From: Lingula anatina
Taxonomy: Eukaryota; Animalia; Brachiopoda
Direction of reading: 5' to 3'
Assembly (NCBI GenBank): GCA_051362555.1
Contig: CM120647.1
Span: forward strand, 17,522,651-17,586,650
DNA: 64,000 nt
Within the stretch, counting starts at the first letter, position 1. The number at the start of each line of letters is the position of its first letter. The notes under the pieces were generated by a model. That model was not told the DNA's origin, did no database searches, and worked only from the letters and a program-made list of their open reading frames with translations. The position numbers and the translations under genes were made by a program. This document shows, piece after piece, positions 33,211 to 48,400 of this stretch.

Positions 33211-35878
33211 TTGTGAGAACAGAGCCTTATAGGTTAAGCAGCATATATGATCAACCTCCCTATACTCACTTAATATGAGAACCAGTTTTCTTGTCTTTAA
33301 GAGGGCTACGCACAACGCCAATGTCAGAAAGCAAAAATGATGAGCTTTTTGGTATTTGCTCAACAGAGTTTTGGGTAAAATTACTTAGTAATACCTCCAG
33401 ATGGCCACTCAGGTGTTTCATTATTTATGCCTACTTTTCGGTTTTTACAAAAGTGTCAACAAATTCAAGCGGGCAAAACTTGACTCTAGCTTAATTTCTT
33501 TTACAGGTGAAGGCGAGTCTGAATTATTGTTTACCTTCCATGATTTGTTGCTTGAATTATGGTTACCGTTCAAGTATCCTGTGTAATAGTGCAATCTGTA
33601 TATATATTTGTTTTTATTGACTTGAGAATTGGGGCCTTAAACGTGCTGTCGTTCTCATGCGATTCTGCTTGTGAACTTCTTAATATAAATTTTGATTTTG
33701 TGCTACATTCTTACGTCGTGTATGTAATTCAAATTATTTAATGCATCTAATTATTATACTTGTCATAATTTTTTTTCTTTACCATTACATCGCTGAATGT
33801 ACATTTCGGTTACGGTGCGTTTGTGATCTCCTGTCATTTTGAATGTATATATTTAACTCGTGTAAGCGGGTGCCTTATCCATTATGTAATATAAATTATT
33901 ATACCATATGCACTCTCTTGTTGTGTTTGTCATAAATTTATTTTTCTCATATCTGTCAGCTGATTACGGGGTGTGTTTAGCCAAGAGCAGTTTTCTTGTC
34001 TTTAAGAGTTCAGGTCTGTGGACTCTGAGTAGAGCATCCAAAAACGAATGAAATTTAGATTAGGAGTGTTATTCATTTAAAGAAACATTTTCATCTGTCT
34101 CTGTAATAAGTTGCACACGATGCTTGATAGTCTAGCAATTTCATTGCTGAGTCAAATAACTGCAACCACCTCAGCATCGAAACATGCACGACACCAGTGA
34201 GAGTGAAAACCTCGAGAGGATTTGAATATATGAACTTCACCTTAATCTTTTTTCAAAAAGGGCCACGATAACAATCAGCGTTGCAGTGATATTCTGAAGG
34301 TGTTTGAAATTGCGGCGATACGCGTCCTATTCCCTTAGATTTCAACATCTGATATGAAAGAATCGCATTCTTGTTCTGAAAATTATTTTTCACACGATGG
34401 AGGGCAAAGTGATGAGAAAGTATTTCGAAATGGCGGGGAAATTCTTACATCTACTTAATTTGCAAATAAAAAAATGATAATAATTAGCAGTATGAGGAGT
34501 GGAATCTGGGTGCGCAGCCGCGAGACGATGATGATAGAATTGTCCACAAAAGAAGTGACCAAGTGAGGTAAACTTCTTTGTATTGATTTTTTTCTTGCGT
34601 GTGATGTACGATTTTGAAGCGTAACCAGTGATGCTGAACCCATTTATAGCAAATATATGAAATGCAATAAAACGAAAAAAAAAAGGCTTAAGAAAAGCAT
34701 TATTAGGTATGGAAATATGGCAATGACGAATTTTACTCTTGCCTCAGAGCATTCACTCGTATTCAATATATTTCAGCAAAAATTGAATACGAAAAATTTT
34801 TAAAGTACACTATGTAGAATTTGCTATGAGAACGGAGAAAGGGAGGGCGTGCAATCGGCATTAAGTCGGCGTCTCGACAACTACCCCTCCTCTTCACACG
34901 ACTAAAACCTTTAGATTATTATGTCGCATTTTTCCCAAGGAAGCATCAACGCTGTCATTGATGATATAAAAAACCTCGGCAGCCAGGAGGTGACGGTAAC
35001 TGCCTCACCACACGCAATCCTATTCTTTAATAAAGTGACACCCCTCCCCGTTGCCACAAACGTCCTAAGATTGAGAGGCTGCCCAGTTGCAAATATGAAT
35101 GCTAAAATGTTAAGTAGTATTGACTTTCTTCTTCTGAGTATTCGATTTTCACAAAAGTTTTGGTGTGTGATTCTCACAAAAATTCTCACAGTTAACATGG
35201 AGTCCTTCACGTCAGTGAAAGAGAGATTATTGCTCGGCAAAGCACTTCCAGCATGATTTGAAGTCATTTGTCTTCGATGTCAGATCTCATTCTACAGGTG
35301 TCAAAGGCGTATGGGGCTATGGCACATTGAACTCTGTCGAGTCCTTAAAAAACACAGAGATATTACAGAGAAACAATATGATAGGCTTATATATGGGTTT
35401 TCCAAATTTGCTCGCTAATCAAACAGATTCCATAAACTTACTCGTAATTTTGGGATTTATGAAAGGACTGCTTTCTGTGTATTGCGGACTTATCCAATAT
35501 CAGGTAAATATATCCAAAGGGACTTATGTTTTAATTAAAAGAAGGAATGCATCTTGTACAAAAATTTCCACGACATTCAAAAAATCACCAGAAACAGACG
35601 ACAACTGGTGGATCACGTGGTCACTTGGCGCCAGCAAATACTTTTGTGTCATGTTCAGTTTCAACTTCGTTGGAACGCTTCATCTGACCAGTGGATGTTA
35701 CCGCCAACAATGGGTCATTTTGTGGCCAGTATGATGGCCATTAACATGTCCATTAATCCTATTGTGATCACTCGGCTGGGATGAACAAGGCAACGCCTTT
35801 CATTTGACATTGGACCTTCTTGCCATTCGGACGGAGGCTGCTCGGAAGGTGACCTGCTCCTTGGATCCACAACTAATT

Positions 35879-36045
35879 CAAGGGGCGAACTGAGGCCGTC
35901 TCGTGGGTCTTCAGGAAGACGGTAAGATATTCAAGTTTACACTGACGGGTATCTATCTTTTCTGTCGGAGAGCGGTCAAAAAATGAAGACGGATCAACAA
36001 AGATAATTTGGAAGACTGTCTGAAAATAGCTCTAGGTCTTCCCCT
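35879..36045. mobile_element. Degenerate copy of the hAT-like MITE family (29421-29590)
   Basis: aggggcgaactgaggccgtctcgtgggtcttcaggaagacgg...ttcaagtttacactgacgggtatct...ggtcaaaaaatgaagacggatcaacaaagataat; reverse-complement match to 29421-29590. Confidence 0.75.
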
Positions 36046-36383
36046 AATTCTTGACTTGGAATTACGTGTCACTGTATTCACTTTGCATCTTAATCAACTC
36101 GAACCTCAATGAATTTATTGCGACTTTCAAAACCCTGTTTGTATCTTAGGGGTTGCACTGGTTTATGGTGTTGCTATGAGGACTGTCCAAGTCCCGCGTT
36201 TTCACAGACATATGACCATGGCCATGGGAAAAACCATGAGTTGCCAATGGCATCCATCTGCTGTCCACCTTGTACTTCTTCGGAACGCTGGAAACAGGTA
36301 ACGAAAGGAGTAATAGCACAAGATGGAGATGTGATGAACGAAGCCTTGGTGTCGTAGTCTTGAGGAAAGTACGTGAAATGTAC

Positions 36384-36418
<35 letters not shown>

Positions 36419-37630
36419 CTTGTGTGTGAGATAGAGAAAGAGAGAGGCCCAGGTTTTGTTGACGTACCTTCAATTTGACCAGGAGATCAAAGTTATATGA
36501 TGGTTTGAAATCTCACCAAGTTGTTAAAAGAAAAGAGATTTTTCATATTTAAAAACATGCTTATGCTTTATCTACTTTCCTAAATAAAATATTTGTTTTA
36601 TTTGGCATTGAGTTCAAAGTTCTATTGTTCTTTTTACGCAGCTCATTGTGACAAAGATCAGGACGTGTTTTATCCTTTTTACAAAAGAGAAAAATTCTGT
36701 TAAACACGTCATCGTCCAATAAGTCCGTGGGCCAGAATGCATATGCAGTTAACCAGTGCGAAACAGGTTCCCAAACCTTACTTGTATGATTGTTAAAAAT
36801 CTGCATGATTGTAAATATCTGTATGGTTGTTAGATACCTGTTTGATTGTATAATTACTGTTTGATTGTATAATTCTGTTTGATTGCATGATTACTGTTTG
36901 GTTGTAAAATGCACCTGGGTAGGTTTCACAAGAAGTCTTTGAACCGAAATTGTCCATAACTTTTCTTCCTATTTTCAAGATAGATAACATAAATTGACGC
37001 CATTTAGGATAACTCTGCAATAGACATTAAGATCAAATGACTGGACCTAAAACGCGAGCCATTTTTTTCTTTTTTTTTTTTAAGTAGGCGAAACCTGACC
37101 TATAAGTAGAATACCGGTACTACTTATTTCTCTCAGGTTACTGTGGCTTCAATAACTAGATCTAAAAATTAAGACCAACTTTTAGTGTTAAGATAATCTA
37201 AGGAAAAAATGGGACAGTATAGAAAAAATATTGATATGAATAAAAAAGAACATTTGTTGTAGACTAGGCCTAATAAGATTCTTTTATTTAAAAAATTCTA
37301 CATGTATTTTTAATCAACATTTGTAAGAACTTCGTTTGTAGTGTGTGAATGGTGTGTGGATGGTGTATTTGTCTCTTATTGTGTTGTACATGTCTTGTAT
37401 TAATTTTCGTGAATAAAAAAAAAAAAAAAAAAAAAAATTTTAGTGTTAAAATTTTCTTGTAAAATCTATCCCTGTACATATGAAAGTGTGAATTGACGGT
37501 CGAACGCATGAAGTTAATAAAAAATTGTGCATACATGTATGTCTGTAAGCGTGCATATACTCGTATACGCCTTAATATGTATTATCGGAGAGGTCTATTC
37601 TGAGATCTACACGTTTTATTTGTGTTCAAA

Positions 37631-37719
37631 TGTGTGTGTGTGTGTGTGTGTGTGTTCGTGTGTGTGTGTGCGTTCGTGTGTGTGTGTGTATATGTGTGTT
37701 TGTGAGTGTGTGTGTGCGT

Positions 37720-37761
<42 letters not shown>
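37631..37761. repeat. Compound (TG)n microsatellite
   Basis: Direct reading. Confidence 0.9.
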
Positions 37762-37763
<2 letters not shown>

Positions 37764-39015
37764 ACACGCAAACGCTTGTTTAAAAAAGCAAAGTTATGAG
37801 TGACAATATGTAAGTTTTTCGACATTTGTAAGTTTTTTTTGCCATAATTAAAGCCAGCCTTATTCAGATTTTAAAGAAATGCTTGCATTCTCTCCCCTCT
37901 ACTCGTAACTTCTCAAAATGAGGTCGCGACTCAATCAATTACTTCACGACAAGCCTTTCTCTGTCAAGTGAAAGGATGGTAAACAAATACGCCACAACAC
38001 TCCTTTATTTAACAAAAAACCAATCTCATAAGTTGTCTAAATTGAGCCATTCATGCCTCCCCATACCCTGTTATTAGTGTTATCATAGGTCTGATAGAAC
38101 GTCCCTGAGATAGGACGCTATTCTTTCCCCATCTCGTGCAGAGAGTACATTACTCCCTCTTCTCGACTGTCATCGCTAACATTTCAATCATGAAATTTTG
38201 CCATTTTATGTCGTAAACAATATGGCCGCCGATAGCGTTTTTTTTCTTTCTTTTTTTTTTTAATAGACTGTGTTTGGCATAACCATGGATTTTATTTTCA
38301 AGGCATACGTGACTTAGAACGTTATTTTGCTCAATATTTTTTATACATTCCGATAATTTTCAGTTGTTGTGGGATAAGCTCTTTTATCCTGCAAACAGGT
38401 CCCAACTTATTAATTTTTTTAAGTTTTGTAATGGCTAGCTGTTTTGACGTGGATCGTATTATTGAACAAGCACGACAAAGAAAGAAAGAAAAATTAATAA
38501 ACAGATTATAACCTAGCAAACATGTTGTTGGGCAATGTTGTACTTGAGAAGGAGAAAAACTTGATGAGGAGTTCGAAATCTGGAGGCAAATAACTGAAAA
38601 CGCTCTTGAAATGCGTTTAAACGCCTACTTTCCATCCAGGGCTCCTCCATCTTTATTCCCCATAAAACTTTCTCTAGAAGACATTGTTTAAAACTTTTGA
38701 CTGGCATCTCTAGGTTGCAAAGGTCAACGGCGGAATGAAATATGACATCCACGGTAACATCTTTATATAGATCTTCACAGCCAACTAGACACGCGATATC
38801 GAGATGTTCGCTGATATAGATACAATGTATCTTTATAAATCTCGATCTTCAGACGAGATCTCGGGATGATAGACCGTGATAATGCTCCTTGCCAGACAAA
38901 TTAATATTAATATAGGAAACTACAACAAAAAGTTTACTGATATTTCTTGAGTTTGAACTACCAATCATTGGTGTTATTTTTATGGCAGGTACTGATATGA
39001 TAAGACTCTCTCAGA

Positions 39016-39269
39016 ACCCATTCCCATAGACACCAACGGTCTATGTAGATCGATCCATCTCTACGGGGACTCTGACTGAGTGCAATCAGTTTACCTGAAT
39101 GACCCCCCGGCTTTAAGTAGAATACAGAAATTAAGCTGGTGATAATACGAGTACAGTACGTTGGAAATAAGAGGAGGCATGTCCTTCAGTTAAACTGATT
39201 GCACTCAGCGAGAGTCCCCCATGAGTTGGATCGATGTACGTAGACCGTTGGCGTCTATGGGAATGAGGT
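39016..39269. mobile_element. Foldback MITE with ~85-bp imperfect TIRs
   Basis: Left arm cccattcccatagacaccaacggtctatgtagatcgatcca...actgagtgcaatcagttt matches the reverse complement of the right arm aaactgattgcactcagc...ggatcgatgtacgtagaccgttggcgtctatgggaatgagg. Confidence 0.82.
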
Positions 39270-39669
39270 CTCAGACTCGGACGACAATAAATGAAAATAA
39301 ATAAAATAAAACTGAAGAAATATTAACATTGAATTTCTTTGGTCATAATCATATGCCTTTGCAAATTTCATACAAATTAATGTTGTTTTAAATACTACTT
39401 TTTTAATGCCTCATAACACTTTTGATTATTATCGCCACCTTTCGTCAGTTGTCTGTTACAGACGATTCTGAAGTAAGACAGCACTACCGCATTACGTTTG
39501 TAACATTGTCCATGTACAATCAATCAATCAGTGTGTTTAAAATGACACTATTTATGATAATTATGATCATAATGGTAACAGTGATGAAATTTGATGATAA
39601 CGAAAGACTATATATATATCTCAAAGTGTCTCTATTACAGTTCTATCGAGTGACATCAGTGTATATTAC

Positions 39670-39922
39670 ACCCCATTCTCATAAAGAAACCATCGTTCTA
39701 CGTGAATCGTCGTACCCAACTCTACGGGGACACTCACTAAAAGCAATCAGCTTAACTAAATGACCCTCCTTTTGTTCCCAACGTACTCTTATAATCACCA
39801 TCTTTACTGTATTCTACTTAACTCCAAAAGGAAGCGTGTTAATATGTTAAGATGATTGCCCTCAATGAGAATCCCTGCAGAGTTGAGTCGATCCACGTGG
39901 ACCCATGTAGTTTATGGGAATG
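39670..39922. mobile_element. Older copy of the same foldback MITE family
   Basis: Starts accccattctcataaag...ctctacggggacactcactaaaagcaatcagcttaact and ends gagtcgatccacgtggaccc...ttatgggaatg. Confidence 0.6.
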
Positions 39923-40591
39923 CACCCTTGCTTAAACATACACATTCCTTCTCGTTGATATGTAGCATTAAAACGTTCAACTTGAAGCATTGAACTTAAT
40001 GCTTTAACCATACGGTAAACAAACAGCCATTAAACTGTGACATGAGGGCATTTAAAAAAGCCTCACCGACCACAAATGCTTGTTTTAATATACTAGTGAA
40101 GACCCGCAAGGTTTCCATCCATCTAACCGGATAGGGACCTTTTGTTCAAACTACCACCGATTTTTCAATCTTCAAGATATCTCGTTGATTTAACCGAGAA
40201 TTAACATACTTTGGAAATTCGCCGAGTTCTGTGTCGTCTAGAATACGACATTATATATGTGAGTGTGACAAAACATGACAAGATAAATGGCATCGCCCGA
40301 CCAGCACGGATAGGAATTCAGATAACATCACACCGCGATTAAAACGATATTAGAAAGGTGAAAAACGCAGGCGACTTACTTGTTTCCAGCAACATGCCAC
40401 TTGTAACGTCACGTGATCAAACAGAAGCGCGCAGCCGCCCGCTGATCACCTACATGATTTGGGTGCTGTTCGTCATGCGTCCCCGAAACGCCCTGTGGAA
40501 TCCCTTTATTGTGATTTTGCAATATATGATAAATTACCTTCTCTATTTTTAGGTTTTTTTCCCTGGAAAAAAATTGAAAAATGGCAGTGAC

Positions 40592-40639
<48 letters not shown>

Positions 40640-42099
40640 AAGCACGTCTGTCGTCGACTGAAATAAATTTCTGTTTTTTTCTAATAATAGTAATTATAAC
40701 ATAAAAATATTTCTGGAATATTTTTTATGAATAATAAATCCATATATCACACGCCCTTAGTTATAAAGTGAAGAAGGCGAATTCGTATGCGTACAAAAAT
40801 CAATCGAAAGAGTGTGTACAAAACCGATGGTTAAAAGGCGTCCGACTCTCTTAATGTTTACTATCTACACCCACAAAAGCATACCTTAACTCTTTTTATA
40901 TTGTACCACAAAGATGATATCAAACCGGATTACGTTTATATTCAAATATAGAATCTAAATTTTATAACACACTTATACAACCTGCTTATTTTATAACAAT
41001 GATATTTGGTGCAAATTGGGGAATATTTTCGGTTGATCTTCTTTAATGAGAGTTAACTGTCACTTAGGACACGTTTTATTAAAGGCCCCACACTTGTATT
41101 TTTACGGCGACCTTTAATTGGTAAGGAATTTACAGGAGGCACCGTGCACGGGTCAGTTGCAGTTCAGTCATGGGGGTGCTACCTTAACCCTGCGTCACCC
41201 CTTAGGAAATATTACACCAAGACAAGAAAGTCTCTGATTCTCAGAGTTAACAGCAAAAACGTTGAACAAAGTGACATAACTAACTAATACTATATTTATT
41301 TTTTAATTTTTAAAGATGTACAGCACTGTCAATATTGTATTAGTGATGTTCACAACGCCTTGCACTTGTCACTTCCATGTTCTGAAAAAATCTACACCGC
41401 AGCAAATATTCAACACTCTTTGAAACAAAAGCCAGACTGCCCTAAAGGACTAACGACTAAGACTTTTCTTACCTGACCTCCGGTCACTCTTTAATCACCT
41501 GTAATTAAAACGTGGCTGTGGCCAGACAAGATGTGGACAAGGACGGGTGGTCCCGTTATAATGGCTGGGTGGTTAAGATGAACGCGTGATTAACACCTAG
41601 ATTAATTGATGGCGGGAGGGCATCGTTAGGGTCATAGTTTGAGTTTTTCTAATTTTTTCTTCAAAGTCGTCCAGAACTATATTGAAACTCATATTGTGTT
41701 GCGTTTATTTTTGTCAAATATGGTTTGCATTCAATTATTAAACATGCACGTTTTTTTTTTTTAGCGTTTCAGATAACTTTTTTTTTCATGAATTGAATGT
41801 GTATGTAATAAATTCTTCATTGCTCATGGGTCATTTCTTTTTATTTTTTGTTAATCTATTATTTTTTAAAAAATGGACATTATGTGAATTGTGAATAATA
41901 GTGTAATATTATTTGCTTGTCTCACTTTTCGTACGCACCATTCGCATATGCAGTTAAATTCTTATAGCCTATTGAAGATTCTATTCTTTTTAATTCTCAA
42001 GGGTCAAACTTTAAGGTATTGCTTTTCTCCAACACAAATTAGGAAATGCCCATGCTTAATTCAAATCAATTTGATAATTATATGTGTGTCAGTTATTGG

Positions 42100-42750
42100 A
42101 TTGGCATCCTGACGCCTAGACCTCGGTTAAATCTTAATCTGACTAATTTTACTCCATAGACCAGCCTTAATTAAGTCAACATAACTCCCAGCAAGTCTTG
42201 CAAAACGTCACCGCGATAACAAAATACGTGACTGCGACACAACTCATACGTAGAGGTTATTAGGACGGCATGTCTTTTCTGGACAAACTCCAGTGATTTT
42301 AATGAGAGGAATTCTCAATCGCACTTTTATTGGTTTATGATTGGGTATGTAATTGGTGTCCGGCATGCCTGTAACGGTTTCATGGCGCTCACGACAGTGC
42401 TGTTGAAAGGTCACCATGCCGTGGTGCGCGAGATAATAACACGTGCACAGGAGTCACGGTCCACGCGCCGTGAATGTCAAAAATACAGTTCATTCTGAAA
42501 TATCTTGTCGTTGCTGTAATCTGGGAAGCCGTGACTCACGGTTTTCAGAGTGCCATAACTGGCCTGCTCTTTGAGGTCGTGTTTTCCGCGTTTTGTGGTT
42601 ATGAAATCTCGTTTTACGCAACCCAAGCGCTTTCATATTCATTGTGACTCGACCAGAAGCGGGGATTTAGAAGCTTAAGCCCAAGGGGAGCAGCTCCAAG
42701 GAGATAAACTTCCATCTTGGTAGACTTCACAATTGAAATTTACGTATGGG
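42100..42750 (+). promoter_or_regulatory. CpG-rich promoter / 5' leader of the vWA-TSP1-CCP gene
   Basis: CpG-dense stretch directly upstream of an exon ending at a strong donor aag|gtaagg (42802), which splices in frame to the signal-peptide exon at 44012. Confidence 0.4.
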
Positions 42751-44040
42751 ATGTACCTTGGAGAAAGTCACATGAGAAATCTACGAGAGAACAGAAGAAA
42801 AGGTAAGGAATCTACCCTAAAATTTTTATGGTACCCAATATATTTAGTAGGGCATTACTTGTTGCAAAAATAACATTTTCTATTCTCATGTCTAGTTAAG
42901 TTTTAGTAAAAAAATATTTAACGTTCCTATACAAGGATTTATGGAGACGATCTCAGTGTTAATTTGTTGCCTTTGTTTGGTTAAGTGCCTCTCCAATCGT
43001 TAGTGACACGATGATGGTCCGATGTGCAAGATCTTGAGTTGGTATTTAAGCATGCTTATATGATATACAAAATATATTGTAAACTTATAAAAAAAATTAA
43101 TCTACTTAATTAATGTTAGACAGTTATAAAATGTATCCTTACGGAGCATGTAGCTTTAATAGTTTTATAATCTTCTGTTTTAATGTCATTCTACAATACA
43201 AAGGGCTTTCGTATCTAGTAACAAGAAATAATAATCGTTTTACGATTAATCAAAACTTTATTGCACAAAGGTGCCAGCAAATGACACTAGAGCCACTGTT
43301 AATAAAACTTAAAATATCCAGTTAGAAAGTAATCTCTCTTGTAGATATTTAAACTCTAACACGTGCTCCTGCACCAGGAAGTCGAAGTTTTTATTATGTA
43401 TTCCTGCCTCCGCTCTGATATATCAAAATAAACCATCAATAACTAATAAGATACAAAAATATTCTATAGACAGTTTGGCTTTGGAAATCAATTTTTCTTA
43501 TCTCGAGCAAATGGGCGAAAATTTTTATTTCTTTTATCCCTATCAAAGTTATCTATTTATGGTTATGAAAGGCGAAGATGATGCCCTACTTAAACAGAAC
43601 CGTACGTAAATGAATAAAAAGAAGATCAATAAATAGATAAGAACTAAAAAAATTAATCAATAGCTACATGGAATGTATAGATAAATGAAGAATGGGCAAT
43701 AATATATATTTATTGAAATTAATTCAAGTATACTGAACATATGATTGTCATGTTTACTAATAAGTTTCATTTGTTAAAAATATTCTATATATACAATTTA
43801 TGAAATGCAACACTTTGGGAAGGGTACAGTCGATTGGTTTTCAATAGGTTTTACATGTAATCAAGCACTTGTCGTTCAATGTGCCTAATATTGACATATG
43901 ATACGAGCAATATAAAATTTTAATATATGAAAAGCTATAGGAATTAACGATATGAAAAACTTAAAAATCTGGACGAAAATACTTGAAAAGGTTTCTTTTT
44001 TTTAATTACAGGTTTCTCTTACGGCCTCCATGACGCTATA

Positions 44041-45429
44041 ATGGATATATTTATCGCCTTGGTGATACTCCTGGGGTTATTTACCCCGGGATCTGACGCA
44101 CAGACTCCAGGTAAGTCTACATGGAAAGCTAAGTCTCGCGAGAATATAAGAGAATATAAAAGAAATATCTGATTAACTCGTAAATAACCCAATTGATCCC
44201 TTAAATCAAAACAATGAATTTTCGTTAACTTTATCAAAATTTGTGAAAACAGTTCAAAAGACATTCTTTCTCTCTGCGCATTTATGAGACAGCAAAGATG
44301 GTTGAGCTCTTGCGCACAAGGGGAATTGGTAAAGAACATAGACCTATTTTGGAACTTCCCTAATATACAGATATGGTGACTTAGAAGTTGTCATGCATAA
44401 GATACAATAAAAACAATGTTCGAAATTGCCATTGATGGCCATATTGAATGGGGCTAAATAACTGGGGTTGCCCATATTCTTGTTCTCCAAGTAAACACCC
44501 TATTTTTATGTCGTTACAAATTTATGATCCCTGCAAACAAGTCTAATTTATAGCATAAAGGTTTAAGGGTCTGAATTAATTCATGAAAGGGTAGAATTTG
44601 CGGGACCAAATCTTAATCAGATTTCGCAGAAATGTTTATGATTTACCACAAGTTTTATTTTTACACAACTTGTTTTCAAGTCCAGTTATTTCAGCGAATA
44701 TTCTCAGTCATATAATTTTGATGGGTAAAATGGGGACTTAAGGGTCGTTATGTTTTCCTTTCTTCATTTGTTCAACGCCCATTAATTTATCTTGTGTTGA
44801 TGATGTCTGATGCGAAAAAAATCCTGCTTTATGTGAAAAGGAGGGCGGGTGCACCATGTTTTTTTTCACATTTTTTTGTATATGTATATATACATACACA
44901 CCACACCACATCAAATCTTCAGGAACAGCGTACTGCCTCGCACATCTGATATGTAATCAAGTCTTCTAGAGCGTAACAACAACAACATCAATGCGTGTTA
45001 CTTTTATCACCATCACGATAACGCTGCCGCCATAATTCACCGTCTTTGCTACGATCATTACTTATAACTGGCTATATTTCCATTACATTAAGGGATGGCA
45101 ACTTTTAATTTTGGACAAACATGGATTTTTCTGGGGTAAACGACAATTTCCTCAAACTTTCCAATGGTAAATGAGTCCGTCCCGACATTCAAGATTAGTC
45201 CATGTTTTTTAAAGTTTGTTTTATTTTTTTGTAATCTCTTAAGAAATTATTATAGGCTATAGCCATCTATGGAGGTCACGGGGTCCGTAATTCCAGAATT
45301 ATTGCGATAACCGCCGTTTTGGTGGTAAAAGATAATTTATTTATTTATTTATTTAAGAGTTGTTTGCAATGTTTTTATTGCGAAATATGAATCTCATACG
45401 AAGAGTTGTTATTTCTTTAAGATTTGGCG

Positions 45430-45463
<34 letters not shown>

Positions 45464-48400
45464 GGGGGGGGGGGCAGTAGATATAATACCAGTTAAAGTA
45501 AGATGACTCCATAACTGAATTAATCATTATCGTTATTATGCTTTTAAAATCACAACCAACAATTTGTTTAATTCATCCTGCCTTCAATGAACTACCAGTT
45601 TGCATTTATTTAGAGATATAGTACAGTGATGGGTGAATATGCGAGGGTTCGTACGTAATCTAGTCGCTCTGTGACTTAATTAAGATTAACGCCAGTTTTG
45701 AACGCATTTGATATATTTCTCCGTTACTTCTACAGTTATATAATAATAAACAGCGGTGAGGCACTTTTTGTGTGACGGTTTGAGGTTTGGAAGATGGGGT
45801 GGGGGTGGGGGGGGGGATAGCGAGAGACGTTGGGTAATATTTTCCAAGAAGGACCCGTTCTGTTGCATGATTTTTATCTAAATAAATTGTGTCCAATAAT
45901 TATAAGTCGCACTTAGTTCAACTATGTAAAAAAAGGACTGTCGTGTCCTCTGCCGAAATATCTTATATTTGAATATAGTATTAAAATACCTTCAAGGTAG
46001 GCCTACCTATTAAGACAGTGGCATGCGACGACTGCGGTAAAATCTGATTTTAAGAACACGTTCTCCAGTATAATGGTCAGAAACTCTCCCCAAAATAAAG
46101 CGTACTGCTCGAGATTCAAATGTGGAATACCACGAACTCAGGACATATCAGAATATGCCTTCTGGAGATTGCTTGGAACTTAGAACTGTAGCATATTTTT
46201 ATCATGAATGCAAGATTATTGTAATCAAGTGTGCTCAGCCTAACCATATTACCCCCTTTTTTTTCATTTGACCATATGAAATATTTGACCTGTAGAGTGT
46301 TGTATCAATTGTGGTAAAATGCCAGTTATGGTAGGCCCTACATCTTTTATCTTTTATGTTACGCGTTCTGAAGAACGCATTCTCCGACAGAAAATGAAGT
46401 TTTATTATTTTATGAGAAGAGCGGAAGAGCAAACTGACTTCAAAACATGAAACGTTCCTTTTTCGAATTATCAAACCAATAAAGTTTTAATAAAATCCTA
46501 TTGAAATTTTAATTTCCTTTTTTTTCCAGAGATATGTGCCACAGAAGCCGACATTGTTTTCGTTCTGGACGCGTCTGGCTCCATGAACCAGCAGGACTGG
46601 GCTCGTGTGGTCAGTTTCGCCCAGCAGATCGTCCAGCAGTTCACGGTGTCCCCACAGGACACTCAGTTCGCGGCCATCAGCTTCGACACCAGGCCCAGGA
46701 ACCAGTTTAACCTGGTCCAGTATAGCACCGCGGCGGAGGTGCAGACCGCCCTTCGCAATATCGAGCCGCTAGGCGGCAGCACGAACATCGCCGGCGCTCT
46801 ACTTCGTGCACGTGACTTGATGACGAGTGTGTCTGCAGGAGCACGTGATAACGCCGTCAAGATCGCTATTACATTAACAGGTGCGCTTTTAAATTATTAT
46901 TTAACCAAATACTTTTTTTTTTGAGAATTCTACTGAAAATAAAAACATTTAATTGTTATATTTCTATTATTATGGGGACAAGTATCTTGCAATTTGAAGG
47001 TGCACGATGACTTGTCGATTCGACGACCGATTGAGAAAAATAAATACCGAAGGTGGATACCTGATATTGAGCGCAAAATATTGACTCTTCTTTAAACATC
47101 TCTAAGTGATTTCCAAAAGTTTTTGGGGATAAAATAACGAAATACTTTAATAGCGAATTTTATAATAAGAGAAAAAAAAAAAGAAAATTGCTTTCAAAAC
47201 GTGAAATGTTTCTGTTTTGACTTTAATAAAGCCCTTATAAAGTTCCTTCTGAATAAGTGAGTGTTTTTTCATTTGAATTTTTGAAAGTCAAATTTTAATA
47301 ATATATTCCTCCATCATCCATTTTATTCTATTTTTATAGATGGTGTTCAAAACATTGACACTGACGGCACAGTGCGCGACGCTGCTAACGCTCTACGCGC
47401 CGCAAACGTCACGACATTCGCCATCTACGTCGGTACGGACCTTGCCTCCAATCCCAACATCAACCAACAGATGCAGGACATGGCGACAAGACCGGATTAT
47501 CTCTTTCAAGCGGACGATTTTAACGCTTTAGCTGTTGCTGGTTTCACGCAGGACGTAGCTCAGACTATTTGTATAGGTAAGTCCGTTTAACGTATAGTTT
47601 GTTGTGTTTGGCTTTTCAGCTTGTCCCTTTTGAAGCTCCTAGCAGATTGTGTTTGGTGTTCCAAAAGATTGTGTTAATTGTGATCTAAATTGCGTGAGAT
47701 GATCCAGTATAAGAGCTTAGATATTATTGAAAATGTATTTGTTAGCTGGTAGATTACGCAGGAAGGTAGTGTGGTTGTGGTAGATGTGCCAAGCAATTGT
47801 GTTAGATGTTCCCTGTCATTGTGGTAGATGCGCTCAATAATTACATACGATGGGATTTGAGATTAGCAGAGCTTTGGTGAAACAAGCAATGATTAAATTT
47901 GCTTATCTGGAAGTCCGTAAACCAAGTCATTCAGTTTGTTTTAAAAGCAAAATTTATAGCGAAAATAGCTAGATAAATAAATGGATAAATAAATAAACAG
48001 TTCAACAGATAGAAGTAAATAGTAAAAAAAAAAAAAAGAAACAACAACAAAGAATAAAAATGTCCAACTGCACCATACTTATACTTCACAGCGAAAATGG
48101 TCTTATTTTTGTTTCAATACTTTCAAATTTGGCGAATTATCCGCTTAATTATCCGCTTATTCTTATATTCACAAAGTAGCAAGACGTAGTGTTTACAACG
48201 CGTTGCGAAAAACGAAAGCTTGTCAATATACCATATAATACCAGCAGCTTCAAGTTAGGTGCATATCTTACAGAATTTGCATTTCAGCCAAACTTTTTAT
48301 TTGTAAGAAAAATAGAGAAATGGTTACTGATTATGTTTGAGCAGCGCATTTGCTGTGCCACTGTTTGGCATGCATATTCAAATAAGGGTACTGTTTTTTT

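Noticed and set aside
34911-35784. Cluster of 76-158 aa ORFs on both strands
   Set aside because: No recognisable domain, no consistent splice-phase chain and no transposase or RT motifs; most likely chance ORFs.
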